From positions 620,001 through 684,000 of the forward strand of contig OZ287073.1 of NCBI GenBank assembly GCA_965645245.1: a stretch of DNA of 64,000 nucleotides, written 5' to 3'. Both the position numbers and the translations under genes were made by a program. Source of the stretch: Massalongia carnosa (Eukaryota). Of the stretch, positions 37,301-49,720 are shown piece after piece. A model generated the notes under the pieces. It was given only the letters and a program-made list of their open reading frames with translations, did no database searches and was not told the origin of the DNA. Position 1 is the stretch's first letter. Each line of letters opens with the position of its first letter.

Positions 37301-38378
37301 TGATGGAGTTCAAGGCTCTATAATCTACGCAGAATCTTAGGCCACCCCCTGGTTTCCTAACTAGAAGAACGGGGGCTGCTGCGCTTGAAGAGCTAGGACG
37401 GATGAAACCTTTTTCCAGATGTTCATCGATGTATTTTTTAACTGCTTCCAGTTCTTGTTCTGACATGGGCTTGTAGTTCCTCACGTACGGAGCCTCTTTT
37501 CCTGCTTCGAGGATTATCTGGTGATCCTCCTTTCGATGTTCGGGCAGTTCGTCTGCCTTGTGCTTCATGAAGACATCTATTACGCTGTGATAAGCTGCTG
37601 GGACTCTCTTCAACAACTCCTCTCGGGTGTATTCCGGTTTTCCCTTCATGAACTTGTCGTAATCTCCCGATGTCACTGCTCCGGTGATAGTTGCGCATAA
37701 GGCCTTCTTTGTTTCTCGAGGAACCCATAGGTAACCCTCGTGATCCTTCTTTCTGACCATTCGAAAGAAGTGTTTTGCGTTGACTGGGAGAACTTCGATA
37801 TCTTCTTTAGGCTCGGTCCTATTCTTAACCCTGCCTCCCACAGCGAATTCGGTGCAACTTATCCCTCGTGTAAGACATCCCTTTTCGAGGCAATCAGATG
37901 AGTTGAACTTCATCGTTCTCTCTTTCCAATTGATCATTGGGTTGTGCGTTTGCAGCCATCCATCCCCTAGAATGACTGCGTACGCTTCTAGTTTTGCTAA
38001 ATAACATAAGACTTGCTCTTCGTGATCTCCAATTTTCACGTCGATCAAGGCGGCCTTCGAGAGGAGCTGTACTACCTCTCCATTTCCCAAAGTAAGTTTC
38101 ACCTTCTTATCCAGTTTGAAGGTGTTCAATTTGTGTTTACGCACAAAGGATTCGTCAATGAGTTCAGCTTCACTTCCATTATCGATCAGTAAACGGGTTT
38201 TAATTCCAGCTATGCTAGTTTTAAAAACTAAATGCTTGCCCTCGATTTTCTTTTCAGTATCGCGGACAGCACAAGTAGAGACCCTAATCATCTTCATTTC
38301 AGTGTCACTGTTCTCACTAACAACCTCCTTATTTGTACGCCCTTGATCGCGAATTTGATCAAGGACTAGACTTTTCCC
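34365..38378 (-). CDS. pol: gypsy-2 pol (protease, RT, RNase H, integrase, chromo-like), via -1 frameshift
   Basis: YLDD, TDSS, HHCC, GPW and EWEV motifs; frame open from GGGAAAA at 38372-38378. Confidence 0.95.
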   Translation of the reverse strand, partial: GKSLVLDQIRDQGRTNKEVVSENSDTEMKMIRVSTCAVRDTEKKIEGKHLVFKTSIAGIKTRLLIDNGSEAELIDESFVRKHKLNTFKLDKKVKLTLGNGEVVQLLSKAALIDVKIGDHEEQVLCYLAKLEAYAVILGDGWLQTHNPMINWKERTMKFNSSDCLEKGCLTRGISCTEFAVGGRVKNRTEPKEDIEVLPVNAKHFFRMVRKKDHEGYLWVPRETKKALCATITGAVTSGDYDKFMKGKPEYTREELLKRVPAAYHSVIDVFMKHKADELPEHRKEDHQIILEAGKEAPYVRNYKPMSEQELEAVKKYIDEHLEKGFIRPSSSSAAAPVLLVRKPGGGLRFCVDYRALNSITIKNRYPIPLINETLGKLSQAKKFTKLDVISAFNRMRMKEGHEWLTAFNTRYGQFEYLVMPFGLCNAPGTFQSFINDTVREYLDVFCTAYLDDVLIYSENEEEHSEQVLIVLTRLKEKGLQVDIDKCEFSVTKVKYLGLIVTTEGIKMDPEKIEAILKWETPGSVKDVQAFLGFANFYRRFISRFSQRTRPLTELTKGEQITTKSGKKRTKYNSFVWSEDCQKAFEDLKNAFTTAPVLAHYDPALETWVETDSSDFVSAGVLSQMHDGVLKPVAYFSKKMTPAECNYMIYDKELLAIVKSFEVWRPEVASAAPDKPVKVYTDHKNLEHFMTTKQLNRRQARWAEFLSEFNFKIMYRPGKQGEKPDTLTRRSQDLPKGFEDIREQHQFQTLLQEHQLDDDIRKALAVVFCANTIDDDNDNDQDDRSVATEEDATESEEPNAEHTPVTDVTESSITKTLEELIEEAYEKDETVQDIIAAKKKELRKLPLNLIKRGIKLAMGDLKLENDKLYVKGRLYVPDHESLQLHLLQKHHEPPLQGHPGYKSMYQIMRENYFWFDMKEHCKRYAVNCSVCRRSKAYNDKKQGLLNPLPIPNRKWMDVSFDFVEFLPECRRRNRVYQHILVIVDRLTKRRLYEPLTSLSTDELMDAMSRRLFSSYGFPISTVNDRGSQLTAHLWKRVCERYGVRIKFSSAHHPETDGQTENANKVMKNYLRAYVSYTQDNWVDYLSDAEFAANNHVNVSTGMTPFFADHGFHPRCGIEPPGTYEGKGRAEILHADKIIERQKAMRTWLRDQLAWAQEEQTRHANKGRQPHPEYKVGDMVYVNAKHFAFERPSRSLSFKNAGPWKIIRIIDNKAYELEIPDQLKNVDLTSIFHPWKLHLAPSNPFPGQVLPPGPPIAIVENDEEEAHEEWEVLEIVDCRETRKFGVQYKATFVGNWDEWNANPYWQSWTDFKNSKDKILQYHREHPHKPKPPEDLTETG

Positions 38379-40012
38379 GCATCAGATTCCGTTCCTGAAT
38401 CTGTTTCTACAGTTCCCATGGTGCTCAGATTCTTGTCCTTGTATTGAGGACAGATGGTATCGTGTCCTCGATGTCCCGATCCCCTACATGCCCAGCATCG
38501 GCGTTGGCGGGAGAGGGACTCACGATCGTCATCCTTCAGCTTCTTTGGGTTCGGGTCTGGATCGTACCACGTGCCTACCCAACCGGCCGGCTTGACTAAT
38601 GTTGGCGTCAGCTTCGCGTTTGGCCGATCGTCCGATTTTCTGGAGTTGATCTGGTTGGTGGAGGCTGAGACGGACTTTCCACCGGAGGATTGGTTTGAGG
38701 ACTGTCCACCGGAGAAGTTGCTTCGTTGGCCGGAGTTCTTCGTTGCAGCTGGTTTATCGGGGCGGGGAAAGTGATGTGCCACATCTTTGCGGCGGTCTTC
38801 GATTCTTCGTGCTTCGTCAAGTAGAGGGCGGAAATCGGTAAAGACGGAACCCATAAGAGAGCTGGAGATGCTAGGCTTTAACGTCACGAGGAACTTTTCA
38901 ATTCGCTCGTCAACGGGAGTTTTGGCTTTCTGCCATAGCTTGAAGATTCGGTGGTAATACTCGCTGACGCTTTCGCCCCCTTTCATGGTGACGGTGAGGA
39001 GTTCTTTCTTGGCGTCACGGCTCTGGAGGTGGATGCCCATGTAGTGTTCTATCTCTTCGAACAAAGCATCGGCCGATAGTGAGTCTCCCATATCCGCTAC
39101 CCAAGAATGCATAGCCCCGAAGATCGGCGCTTCCATTTGAGACAGCGCGTAACCGACCTTTTCACTCTCGTCGGCGTAGAGGGGTGCGTCTGTCTTCAGT
39201 TTGTTGCGGACGGAGTACGCCCAAGGGCTATACTCCTCCGAGTCTTCACCTTTTAGTGGCTTGCTAGGGTTTATACCACGAGGTCGCCAATTCTGAGGAT
39301 TGTAGTTAGTGCTTGAGGTAGCAACGGTGTCTTCCCGTTGCTGACGTGGTGTTTCCTGTGTTTCCGCAAACTGGCGGATCAAGGAGTCTCTGTCTTTCTG
39401 TAATCTCTCTTTTGCTAGAGTCGTTGTCTCCAATTCGATATCTCTATGCGAGAGTTCTTCTTGCGCGAGAAGGGCCTCTCGTTCGGCATCATCCTTTTCT
39501 GCGATGAGACGTTCATTTACTTGCTTGTAACGTCTGTTGATCTTTTTTGCTTCGGCAAGCTTCTCCTGATCGTTCTGCATAGAGATGTATTTTTCGAATA
39601 GGGTCTTATCGTATTCGAGCGCTCTCGCGAGAAAATCGTACCATCGGGGTCCTTCTTTCTCATCTCGCAAGATGCTCTGCAATTCTTTCAAGTTGTGTGC
39701 CACGACGAGAGACGGATGCTCCGCTGCATCCTGTTCGTAGTATGGGTGGTTGGAGACGTCTATTGTTTGGAAAATTTCCTTTTCTTTTCCGCGCCCTGCT
39801 CTTGAGGTGTTTTCCCACGTCCCCTCCGTGGTTTCTCTCATTTGCTCGTTCTGCAGTAGCTCGGAGTCTTCGAACGTTCCTGGCATACTGCTATCCGAAC
39901 GACACGAATGGCGGGAGGCGGAACGAGCGCGGGTGTTAAATGCTGGACCAGTCTGAGCCTCCGTGGGAGGGGCTCCGACTTTTCTTGCTGTCATGGGCGT
40001 TTTTGAGCTCAT
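38366..40012 (-). CDS. gag: gypsy-2 gag
   Basis: 548 aa; coiled-coil-like region, gag core, knuckle CWACRGSGHRGHDTIC. Confidence 0.9.
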   Translation of the reverse strand: MSSKTPMTARKVGAPPTEAQTGPAFNTRARSASRHSCRSDSSMPGTFEDSELLQNEQMRETTEGTWENTSRAGRGKEKEIFQTIDVSNHPYYEQDAAEHPSLVVAHNLKELQSILRDEKEGPRWYDFLARALEYDKTLFEKYISMQNDQEKLAEAKKINRRYKQVNERLIAEKDDAEREALLAQEELSHRDIELETTTLAKERLQKDRDSLIRQFAETQETPRQQREDTVATSSTNYNPQNWRPRGINPSKPLKGEDSEEYSPWAYSVRNKLKTDAPLYADESEKVGYALSQMEAPIFGAMHSWVADMGDSLSADALFEEIEHYMGIHLQSRDAKKELLTVTMKGGESVSEYYHRIFKLWQKAKTPVDERIEKFLVTLKPSISSSLMGSVFTDFRPLLDEARRIEDRRKDVAHHFPRPDKPAATKNSGQRSNFSGGQSSNQSSGGKSVSASTNQINSRKSDDRPNAKLTPTLVKPAGWVGTWYDPDPNPKKLKDDDRESLSRQRRCWACRGSGHRGHDTICPQYKDKNLSTMGTVETDSGTESDAGKV

Positions 40013-40225
40013 GACTGGATACTGGAAGTGGGAAAGCTTGATTCCCTGGCTCTGAAAATTCTGGAAGTTCTGGAATTTGGATCGGTTTGGATTCGCACAA
40101 ACGATCAGTCTGGAAGGTTACTGGAACGGGTCTTCACCCTAACTGGAAGGAAGTTGCTGGAACGGGACCTCGTCCCTACTGGAAGTTCTGGAAGAAAGAA
40201 TACTGATAGGTAGGTAGATAAATTG

Positions 40226-40459
40226 TGTAAGGTAGCTGTCGTCGATTCTTTTCAACCGCTATTAAACTAAAATTTATCTACAAAGAAAGAAAAGAATTAT
40301 TGTGCGCGACTCGCTAGAAATATCTGCGTCGAGTGTCGCGCTAGCCTCGCGCGATCCCGTGATCCCTCTTTCTATCTCGGCTGGCGCTAAGCCTAACCGG
40401 TTACCTCGAACACCTCTAAGGTCAACCTTCTATCTCTATGTCAGGCTAGGACCCTGACA
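40226..40459 (-). repeat. 5' LTR of gypsy-2
   Basis: Identical to 34072-34305. Confidence 0.97.
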
Positions 40460-40937
40460 TTTAAGGTTACGGGAACTTCCGCTAGGACAAATTTTCACAG
40501 TATATTTCACGTATAATTTCTGCATATACCATTTTAGGCTTTATCGATCTCCATTTAACGGCCGGTCAACAGATCACTGAAAAGAAGGGGAAAAACGTCT
40601 GGAATAGGATTATACCAAAGGTCCTGTTTCAGATTAGTCAGAGAAGTCTCTTATTATCTTACCTTGCCTTAGATCTATTTTTATCAAAAAAAAAAGTTTC
40701 ATTATTTTCAACTATTGTAGTGTCTGGTAAAGGGTTAAATAAGATTTACTGCCTAAGCGAGGAACGGTCTACTTTAACCCGATAAGGATTTATTTGACTT
40801 GTTATTGTCAATTAAATAGGGATAGGAAAGAAAGAGTTATTTGACCAGTAAATCGGTGTAATTTCTATTCTGACTAGTACGTCTGGGGAACGTCAGAATA
40901 AACTATTTGGTGGTGATAAAAGGGATATAGAAAAGGC

Positions 40938-42583
40938 ATGTTCAACCAGGTAATCAACCCGGTAACCAACTCGGCACTTCCTAGAAATAGGCGATTTTTG
41001 GCGAGACCAACCCCCCAAGGCCCCCCACCTAGAAATGTATCGGCCCCCCCGAGTACTCCCCCGGGTCCTCCCCGAAACGACTCTCCCGCGCCATCTTCAG
41101 TAGCCATGATAGGGAGCTCACCTCCATCCGACGAGTTTATAGAAGCTATGGACCAGTCAGGGAAATTTTCGTCCGCCCCCTCCACACCGACCCCTAAAGC
41201 GAAGGCGTTCATTGCTCCATCTGGTGAATTTACTACTAATTTACCTATGCCGTCATTAAATTCGAATATTGGATTAAGCCCGCCAATCAAACGCAATAAA
41301 AGAAGAACATTTGACGAGTATTCGATTCAAAGTCAAGAAGTCATCAATCGAACGAAATCAATTCAACTATTGAATACAGCTAAAAACGCACTATTGGAGT
41401 CATTCGTATTAGATCAAAATCCCGAAACGGCTATTGTCATTGATAACATCAACTCTCTACTGATAAAGAAAACAATCAAGCCTAAAGCAACGCTGGAAAT
41501 GATTGATTGGAAATTGAATAGGGTGCTAGAACAAACTAGCAAAATTCCAGAAACAACGGAACAATCGGTGCGACCTACGCAAGCAAATTCGAATGGAAAT
41601 TCGAATTTGAATAAAAACGTCAAACAAGCCATTCGGAGGGGAACCGCCGAGGTCCCGGGGCCGCAGGTCAACGAGTCAACTAAAACATGGAGTCAAATGC
41701 TCGGAAGAGCAACCTCTAATTCCGAAAATTGGACCACCGTTTCTCGAACGAAAAAATCGAATACTAATTCTAATTCGAACAAATTCGATAATACGGACGA
41801 TTTCAACGCGATTAAATAAAGACAATTAATATTACACCGAAAGCTCAAATCGGCGATATCGATTCATTGTTGCTTCGAAACCAAATCAATTCGCTTTTTA
41901 AAGACGCTAAATTGACTATCGTTGTCAACACGGTCGAAAAGTCCAAAACGGGACAAAACATCGTTCTGACTACTAGTCCAGAGAACACTGCTGAAGATTT
42001 ATTGAACAATAAATCAACATGGGAGCATTTATTTGACCCACGAAAAGTTCGAAAGGATGAATCGTGGTTTAAAGTAATCGCGCATGGCATAAATATTGCA
42101 ACGTTTGATGAAAACATGCAATATTTGCAGGATGAAATTCAAAAGTTCAATTCGAACATGCAATTATGCGATATTCCAAGATGGCTAGCACGTGATCGTC
42201 AAAACAAGATCAAATCGTCTGTTGTTTTGACGTTCAATGATCGAAATATGGCTTTGAACGCGTTGAAAGGAGTAAATATCGCGGGAAGACACTGTGACAC
42301 GGAAATATTTACCTCCGTTCGACCAAATACGCAATGCATCAATTGCCAAAAATTTGGCCACAAGCATTATCAATGCAAAAATCAAGCGAAATGCAATATA
42401 TGTGCACAAAATCATGAAACTCACAATCAAGAATGCACAACTTGCAAATCTAAAATCGCCTGTGCACATTTCGTCGTCAAATGCGTCAATTGCAATCTAA
42501 ATCATCAGTCAAATGATGAACGATGTGAAATGATTGCATCATTAAACGTTCGAAAATCGACTGACGAATTATCCGTGTTGTAA
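40938..42583 (+). pseudogene. LINE A2 ORF1, broken at ~41817
   Basis: ORFs 40938-41819 and 41867-42583 in different frames, homologous to 12304-13962. Confidence 0.9.
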
Positions 42584-45500
42584 TGGCAGGACAACATTCG
42601 TTGACAAACATCGAAAATACACAAAATGTCAAATTTATTCAACACAATTGTGCAAAGTCAACGAATGCAATGATTTCGTGTCTGGAATACGCAGTATTAA
42701 ATCAAATTGATATTGTTTTATTTCAGGAACCTTGGACACGCGATCAAAAAACTATTTCTCATCCGTCATTCACATGCATTATGCCGAAAATAGCAGCTTA
42801 TCGCTCGAGAGTAGCTTTATTTGTCACTAAATGCAATTCGAAACTACAATGCACGCCTAGACCGGATCTTATTGACGATCCCGATATGCAAATTATCCAG
42901 ATTACAATTGATGATATTCGAAAAGTACAGATTATCAACATTTACAATGAAAAAAGTCAAAACGATCGAGAAACATATACAATCGACCGACTAATAGTCA
43001 AATATCAACCTACATTCAATGATCAATTCGTAATATGTGGAGATTTCAATGCACATCATAACTGGTGGAATTCGAAAACTCAGCATGCAATTCGATCTGA
43101 AAATCTAGTGAAATGGTTAAAATCAAAAAAGTGTAGTTTGATTAATACGTCTGATTTATGTACATTTTACGCCCATTCTGGAAGTTCTTCATCTGTTATT
43201 GATTTAACATTTGCAAATTCTAAAATCGAAAATGCAATAACAAATTGGTCAATCGATGAAAACGCAGTCACAGGTTCAGATCATGAAGTCATTCGATTTG
43301 AATTAATCGCATCTTTCAAGAATTTGACGACAAATGCAACCGCATTATCAAACAAATACAATTGCAATAAAGCCGATTGGGACAAGTTCGCGAAGTTTCT
43401 AGATGAAAATTCAATAAACTACGAAACACAGGTTCAAAGTTTATTGAATAATCATCAATTCGACGAATCAGCGATCTATTTGCAAGATATTATTAAAGAC
43501 GCAGCTGAAATGTTTATTCCGAAGACCAAAATATGTGCAAAATCAAAAAATTGGTGGTCGCAAGATTTAACTGAACTCCGAAAAATTATGTCTAGACATC
43601 GTTGAGAATGGAAGAATTATCCCTCCGATTTTAGTCATAGAACCTTTAAACATAGCCGAATCGAATATTTTCATGCAATTCGAAAAGCAAAACAACAAAC
43701 TTGGTTGACTTTTCTAGAAAATGCAGCGAATAAAGACGTATTTACAGCGTATAAATACACTAAACCGCGCATATTCGAAAAAATACCACCAATTCAATAT
43801 GAAAATAAATTAAATGTTCAATTCGATGACAAATGCGATGCATTTGTTGCAGCAATGTACACAAAAAACCTATTTATAGACGATAATGTCGAAGACTTAT
43901 CGAATCAAGACAACGAAGATGACACAATAATTGGCCGGATTTGACCGAAAACGAGTTGCAAAATGCGATTAGTTTGTTTAATCCGAAAGAAGCATGTGGC
44001 CCTGATGCAATCAACTTTACAATTGTTCAAAAATCGTTTCAATCGTTGAAAAACGTGTTTTTTATGATTTATTCAAAATTCATTCAAACCGGTTATCATC
44101 CGTTATGCTGGCGGACAGGACTCGGTGCAGTTTTGAAAAAACCTAATAAATCAGATTATTCGCTGCCAAAATCATATCGGATTATCACTTTACTAAACTG
44201 TCTTGGTAAAATTGCTGAGAAAATCGTTGCAAATCGCCTTGCCTACTTCGGCGAAAATTCGAATTTATTAGACATCGAACAGATGGGCGGACGCAAAAAT
44301 CACTCTGCAATTGACGCAGTAATGACCGTCGTTCATGATATCGAAATAGCGAACCGAAAAAAGAACGTTTTATCATGTTTATTACTCGACATCAAAGGCG
44401 CATTTGACTTTGTATCGATTAATCAGCTGTTAAATGTCATGAAAAATCTGAAATTATCTCGCATAGTTATTCAATGGGTCAAAAATTTTATGACAAAACG
44501 ATCGGTCAATCTAATATTCGATGAAAATAAAAGCAAAACCTATTATGTCGAATCAGGAATTCCACAAGGCTCACCTATTTCGCCGATATTATTTTCGATC
44601 TACATTCGTCACTTATTTCCGAAAGTACCAATGAAATTCAATGCACATTCTCCTAGTTTTATAGACGATGTTGCAATATATGTCGAAAATAAAACTGCAA
44701 AACAGAATTGCAAAGAAATCGAAATCATAGTAAAAACTGCATTTGATTGGGCCGCATCGAATAATGTCAAATTTGACGACGAAAAATCCGAACTGATTCA
44801 CTTCGAAAAGACAAGAAATGCATCGAAAGACACACTGCAATTACCAAACGGAACTATACTGGAACCGAAAAATGTAGTCAAATGGTTGGGAATCTGGCTA
44901 GATCGAAAACTGAATTACAAAAAACACGTCGAAACTCGAATTTCTTCTGCAAATCGGTCATTCTTTGGGATTCAAAATTTGATGAAATCAGAGTGGGGTC
45001 TTAAACCGACTGCATGTAGACAGCTTTATTTGTCATGCATCGTTCCTATTTCGGATTATGGTTCAGAAATTTGGTACAATGGTCAACAGAAATATGAGAA
45101 ACTATTTCAGAATTTGCAAAATCGTATTATTCGAAAGATTTTAGGAACATTCAAAACCACACCTGTTCAAGCGATGGAAATTGAATCACATATTCTACCA
45201 GTCAAACTACGATTATTGATGAAAAATCAAAAATATGCTATTCGATTGTTGAAGATTGCCGAAAATAATCCTATTTGTCAAAGAATTCCAAACACATATT
45301 CGATGAAATTCGAAAACATCGGTTTTGATACTAGCTTATGGAACAACAAATATGCCGAATGGAACGAAGACGAAAAACAAACAAATAAACGACATCCTAG
45401 TCAGCTTATTCGTGTTTTGCACTCCGTTTCGGACATAGTTCACAAAACTGATGAATTCGAACAATCAAATAACTTCATAAAACTATGGAAGTCGTCGTGT

Positions 45501-46598
45501 AAAATCGAATTTCAAATCGAAAAGTCAAAAGAAACAGCAAAATCAAGTTATTATTCGACTTTATCCAAAATTCAATCTATGAATTCCGAAATATCACGAA
45601 TATTACTTTATACGGATGGATCAAAAGTAGAATTTGCAACTTCTGCGGTCACATTCGCACCAATTATGCGAAAATGGAACAATTTTATCGATGATTTCGA
45701 TCACTTTATCGAAAAAGATTGCCTTATCCAACATCATACAATTTCGAAAAGCTGGAAATTGAGCAAACAGTCAAGCATTAAAAATGCTGAACTTCATGCG
45801 ATTTTACAAGCAGTCAAATGGGTATACAAGTTAACGAACGAGAATATATTATCGAATTTAGAAAAAACAATATGGATTTTTTCCGATAGTTTGAACGCGA
45901 TAAACGAAATTCAACATTTAACAAATCATATTTATGCGAAGCAAATTCGAAAAATTGCAAAATGTTTATACGAAAACAACTATCAGATAATTCTGCAATG
46001 GATCCCTAGTCATTCGAAAATTATCGAAAATGAAATTGCAGACAAAACGGCGAAAGCAGGACACAGTCAAATCATAGCGGAGTCCTCGGCGATCACATTT
46101 GACTACTTGAAAAGTCAAATTCATCAAAATACGCTTAACACATGGACGAATCAATGGCAACGATGCAGGTCAAAAGGCAAACATTACGAGAAATTTGATA
46201 TGCAACCTGGCAAATCGAGCTTTTATCATTTGTCAAACAATTGTTCGAAAATGATATTTGCTACCATTATGCAGCTGAAATTCGGACACGGTTATTTTCG
46301 TTCATATCTATATCGATTGAAAGATTACAATTCGTCAAAATGCACGAATAGATGCAACGAACGTCAAACGCCAGAACATCTATTGTTGAACTGCAATCAC
46401 TATTTTGAAGAAATTCAAATAATGAAACAAAGTATCGATACTACAATCAATTTGAACATTTTATTCAATACCAAAATTGGAAATGACATTTTGATAAAGT
46501 TTATTGCCAAAAACAAAATCGCTACTAGAAAATTGATACTAGGTCAGCTAGAAGAAGAAATTGTCGAAACGGGAGGTTGGGGAGAGATCGAACAGTAA
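42583..46598 (+). pseudogene. LINE A2 ORF2 (APE-RT-RNase H-CCHC), one stop and one frameshift
   Basis: APE 42583-43605; an 885-aa RT/RNase H/CCHC ORF at 43941-46598. Confidence 0.93.
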
Positions 46599-49358
46599 AA
46601 TCAGAATTGATTTTATGCTGAAACACTTACGAACTTTACAAAGACAAATTGTAAAATCGAAAATTCGATTACTATAGGTTGTTACTAACACGGAGTAAAA
46701 ACGGGGAAAAATTGAAGATTCATAGATGGGTTATAAAGGGTTGATTTATTTGTATTATAGAAATATATCTTAAAATAGTTTAGTGTCATAACCTTAGGTT
46801 GAATACACTCAATGAATAAATAAATAAAAAACATTCACATGTATTATGCCGAAAATAGCGACTTATCGGCCGAGAGTAGTTATATTCGTTACAAAATGCA
46901 ATTCAAAATTACAATGCACGCCTAGAACGGATCTTATTAACGATACTGATCTGCAAATTATCGAAATTACAATTGATGAAGTTCGAAAAGTGCAGATCTT
47001 TAACCTTTACGATGAAAAAAGTCTAAACGATCGAGAAACATATACAATCGATCGACTTTTAGTTAAATATCAAACTATATCAACTGATCAATTTATCATA
47101 TGTGGAGATTTCAATGCACATCATAGCTGGTGGAATTCGAAGATTCAAAATGCAATTCGATCAGAAAATCTAGTCAAATGGTTAAAATTAAACAAATGTA
47201 GTTTGATAAATACGCCTGATCTATATACATTTTTTGCTCATTCAGGAAACTCTTCATCTATTATTGATATAACATTTGCAAATTCTAAAATCGAAAACGC
47301 AGTTACAAATTGGTCAATCGATGAAAACGCAGTCACGGGTTAAGATCATGAAGTTATTCGATTTAAACTTATCGCATCTTTCAAGAACTTGACGTCACAC
47401 GCAACCGCATTATCGAATAAATACAACTGCAATAAAGCCGATTGGGATAAATTCGCGAAGTTTCTAGACGAAAATGCAATAAACTACGAGTCTCAAATAC
47501 AAAGTCTATTGAACAATTAACAATTTGACGAATCAGCGTTATATTTGCAAAACATTATCAAAAACGCGGCTGAAATGTTTATTCCGAAGACAAAAATATG
47601 CACAAAATCGAAAAATTGGTGGTCGCAAGATTTAACCGGACTTCGAAAAATCATGTGTAGACATCGTCGAGAATGGAAGAATAATCCGTCCTATTTTAGT
47701 CATCAAACATTTAGACATAGTCGAATCGAGTACTTTCTTGCAATTCGAAAAGCGAAACAGAACACTTGGTTGGCTTTCCTCAAAAACGCAGCGAATAAAG
47801 AAGTATTTACAGCTTATAAATACACTAAACCGCGCATGTTCGAAAAAATACCACCTATTCAATATGAAAATAAGTTAAATGTTCAATTCGATCAGAAATG
47901 CGATGCGTTTGTGTCAGCAATGTACACAAAAAACCCGTTCACGGATGATAATATTGAAGATTTAACGAATCAAGACATCGAAAATGACAACAATTGGCCT
48001 AATTTAACCGAAAATGAATTGCAAAATGCGCTTAGTTTGTTTAATCCAAAGAAATCATGTGGACCTGATGCAATCAATTTCACAATAATTCAAAAATCGT
48101 TTCAACCATTGAAAAACGTGTTTTTTACTATTTATTCTAAGTTTATACAAATCGGTTATCACCCGTTATGTTGGCGAACAGGACTCGGTGCTGTTTTAAA
48201 AAAACCTAATAAACCAGACTACTCGCTGCCAAAATCATATCGAATTATTACCTTACTGAATTGTCTTGGTAAAATTGCGGAGAAAATAGTAACTAATCGA
48301 CTAGCCTACCTCGGCGAAAATTCGAGCTTGTTAGATACCCAACAAATTGGCGGACGCAAAAATTATTCTGCAATCGATGCGGTAATGAACGTCGTTCAGG
48401 ATATCGAAATCGCAAACCGAAACAAAAACGTTTTATCATGTCTATTACCCGATGTCAAAGGAGCATTTAACTTTGTTTCGATTAATCAATTGCTAAATGT
48501 CATGAAAAAGCTGCATTTATCTCGCATAGTTATTCAATGGGTCAAGTATTTTATGACAAAACGATCGATCAATTTGATATTCGATGAACACAAAAGCAAA
48601 ACGTACTATATCGAATCTGGAATTCCAAAAGGTTCACCTATTTCGCCAATTCTATTTCTGATTTATATTCGTTACTTATTTCCGAAAATACGAATGAAAT
48701 TCAATGCTCATTCACCTAGCTTTTGAGACGATGTTGCAATACATGTCGAAAATAAAACTGCCAAACAGAATTGCAATGAAATCGAAATTCACGTCAAAAC
48801 AGCTTTTGATTGGGCCGCAACGAATAATGTCAAATTTGATGACGACAAATCTGAGTTGATTCACTTCGAAAAGTCAAGAAATGCATCAAAAGACAAAGTG
48901 CAATTACCAAACGGGACAATACTAGAACCGAAAAATTCTGTCAAATGGTTAGGAGTCTGGTTAGACCGAAAACTAAATTACAAAAAACACGTCGAAACGC
49001 GAATTGCTTCTGCAAATCGATCGTTTTTCGCAATTCAAAATTTGATGAAGTCTGAATGGGGACTAAAGCCAACTGCATGCAGACAGCTCTATTTGTCATG
49101 CATTATTCCTATTTCAGACTATGGCTCAGAAATCTGGTATAACGGTCAAAAGAAATATGAAAAGCTATTTCAGAATCTGCAAAATCGAATGATTCGAAAG
49201 ATTTTAGGCACATTCAAAACCACGCCTGTTCAGGCGATTGAAATTGAATCGCATATTTTACCAGCCAAGCTACGATTGTTGATGAAAAATCAAAAATACG
49301 CAATTCGATTATTGAAGATTGCCGAAATTAATCTTATTTGTCAAAGAATTCGCAGTAC

Positions 49359-49720
49359 AAAAATCGGAAATGACATTTTGATTAAATTCATTGTCAATAA
49401 CAAAATCGCGACTAGAAAATGGATACTAGGTCAGCTTGATGACGATATTTTCGAAACTGGAGGTTGTGGAGAGATCGAACAGTAAAATCAGAAACGATTT
49501 ATGCTGAAACAGTTACGAACTTACAAAGATAAATTGTAAAATCGATAATTTTCGATTACTATAGGTTGTTACTAACACGGAGTAAAAATGGGGAAAAATT
49601 GACGATACATAGATGGGTTATAAAGGGTTGATTTATTTGTAATATAGTCACATATCCTAAAATAGTTTAGTGTCATAACCTTAGGTTGAATACACTTAAT
49701 GAATAAATAAAAAATAAAAA
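49359..49720 (+). mobile_element. 5'-truncated LINE (A1) nested in LINE B
   Basis: 16-bp TSD aaagaattcgcagtac (49343-49358, 49721-49736). Confidence 0.92.

Larger units (their letters stand above)
34072..40459 (-). mobile_element. Intact Ty3/gypsy chromovirus-like element (gypsy-2)
   Basis: Identical 234-bp LTRs; TSD tttaa (34067-34071, 40460-40464); PPT at 34306-34319; open gag and pol. Confidence 0.97.
33697..46831 (+). mobile_element. Full-length LINE (A2) inserted in LINE B, with gypsy-2 in its 5'UTR
   Basis: 5' end gaaacacaagtacc, tail at 46831, 12-bp TSD (33652-33663, 46832-46843). Confidence 0.93.
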
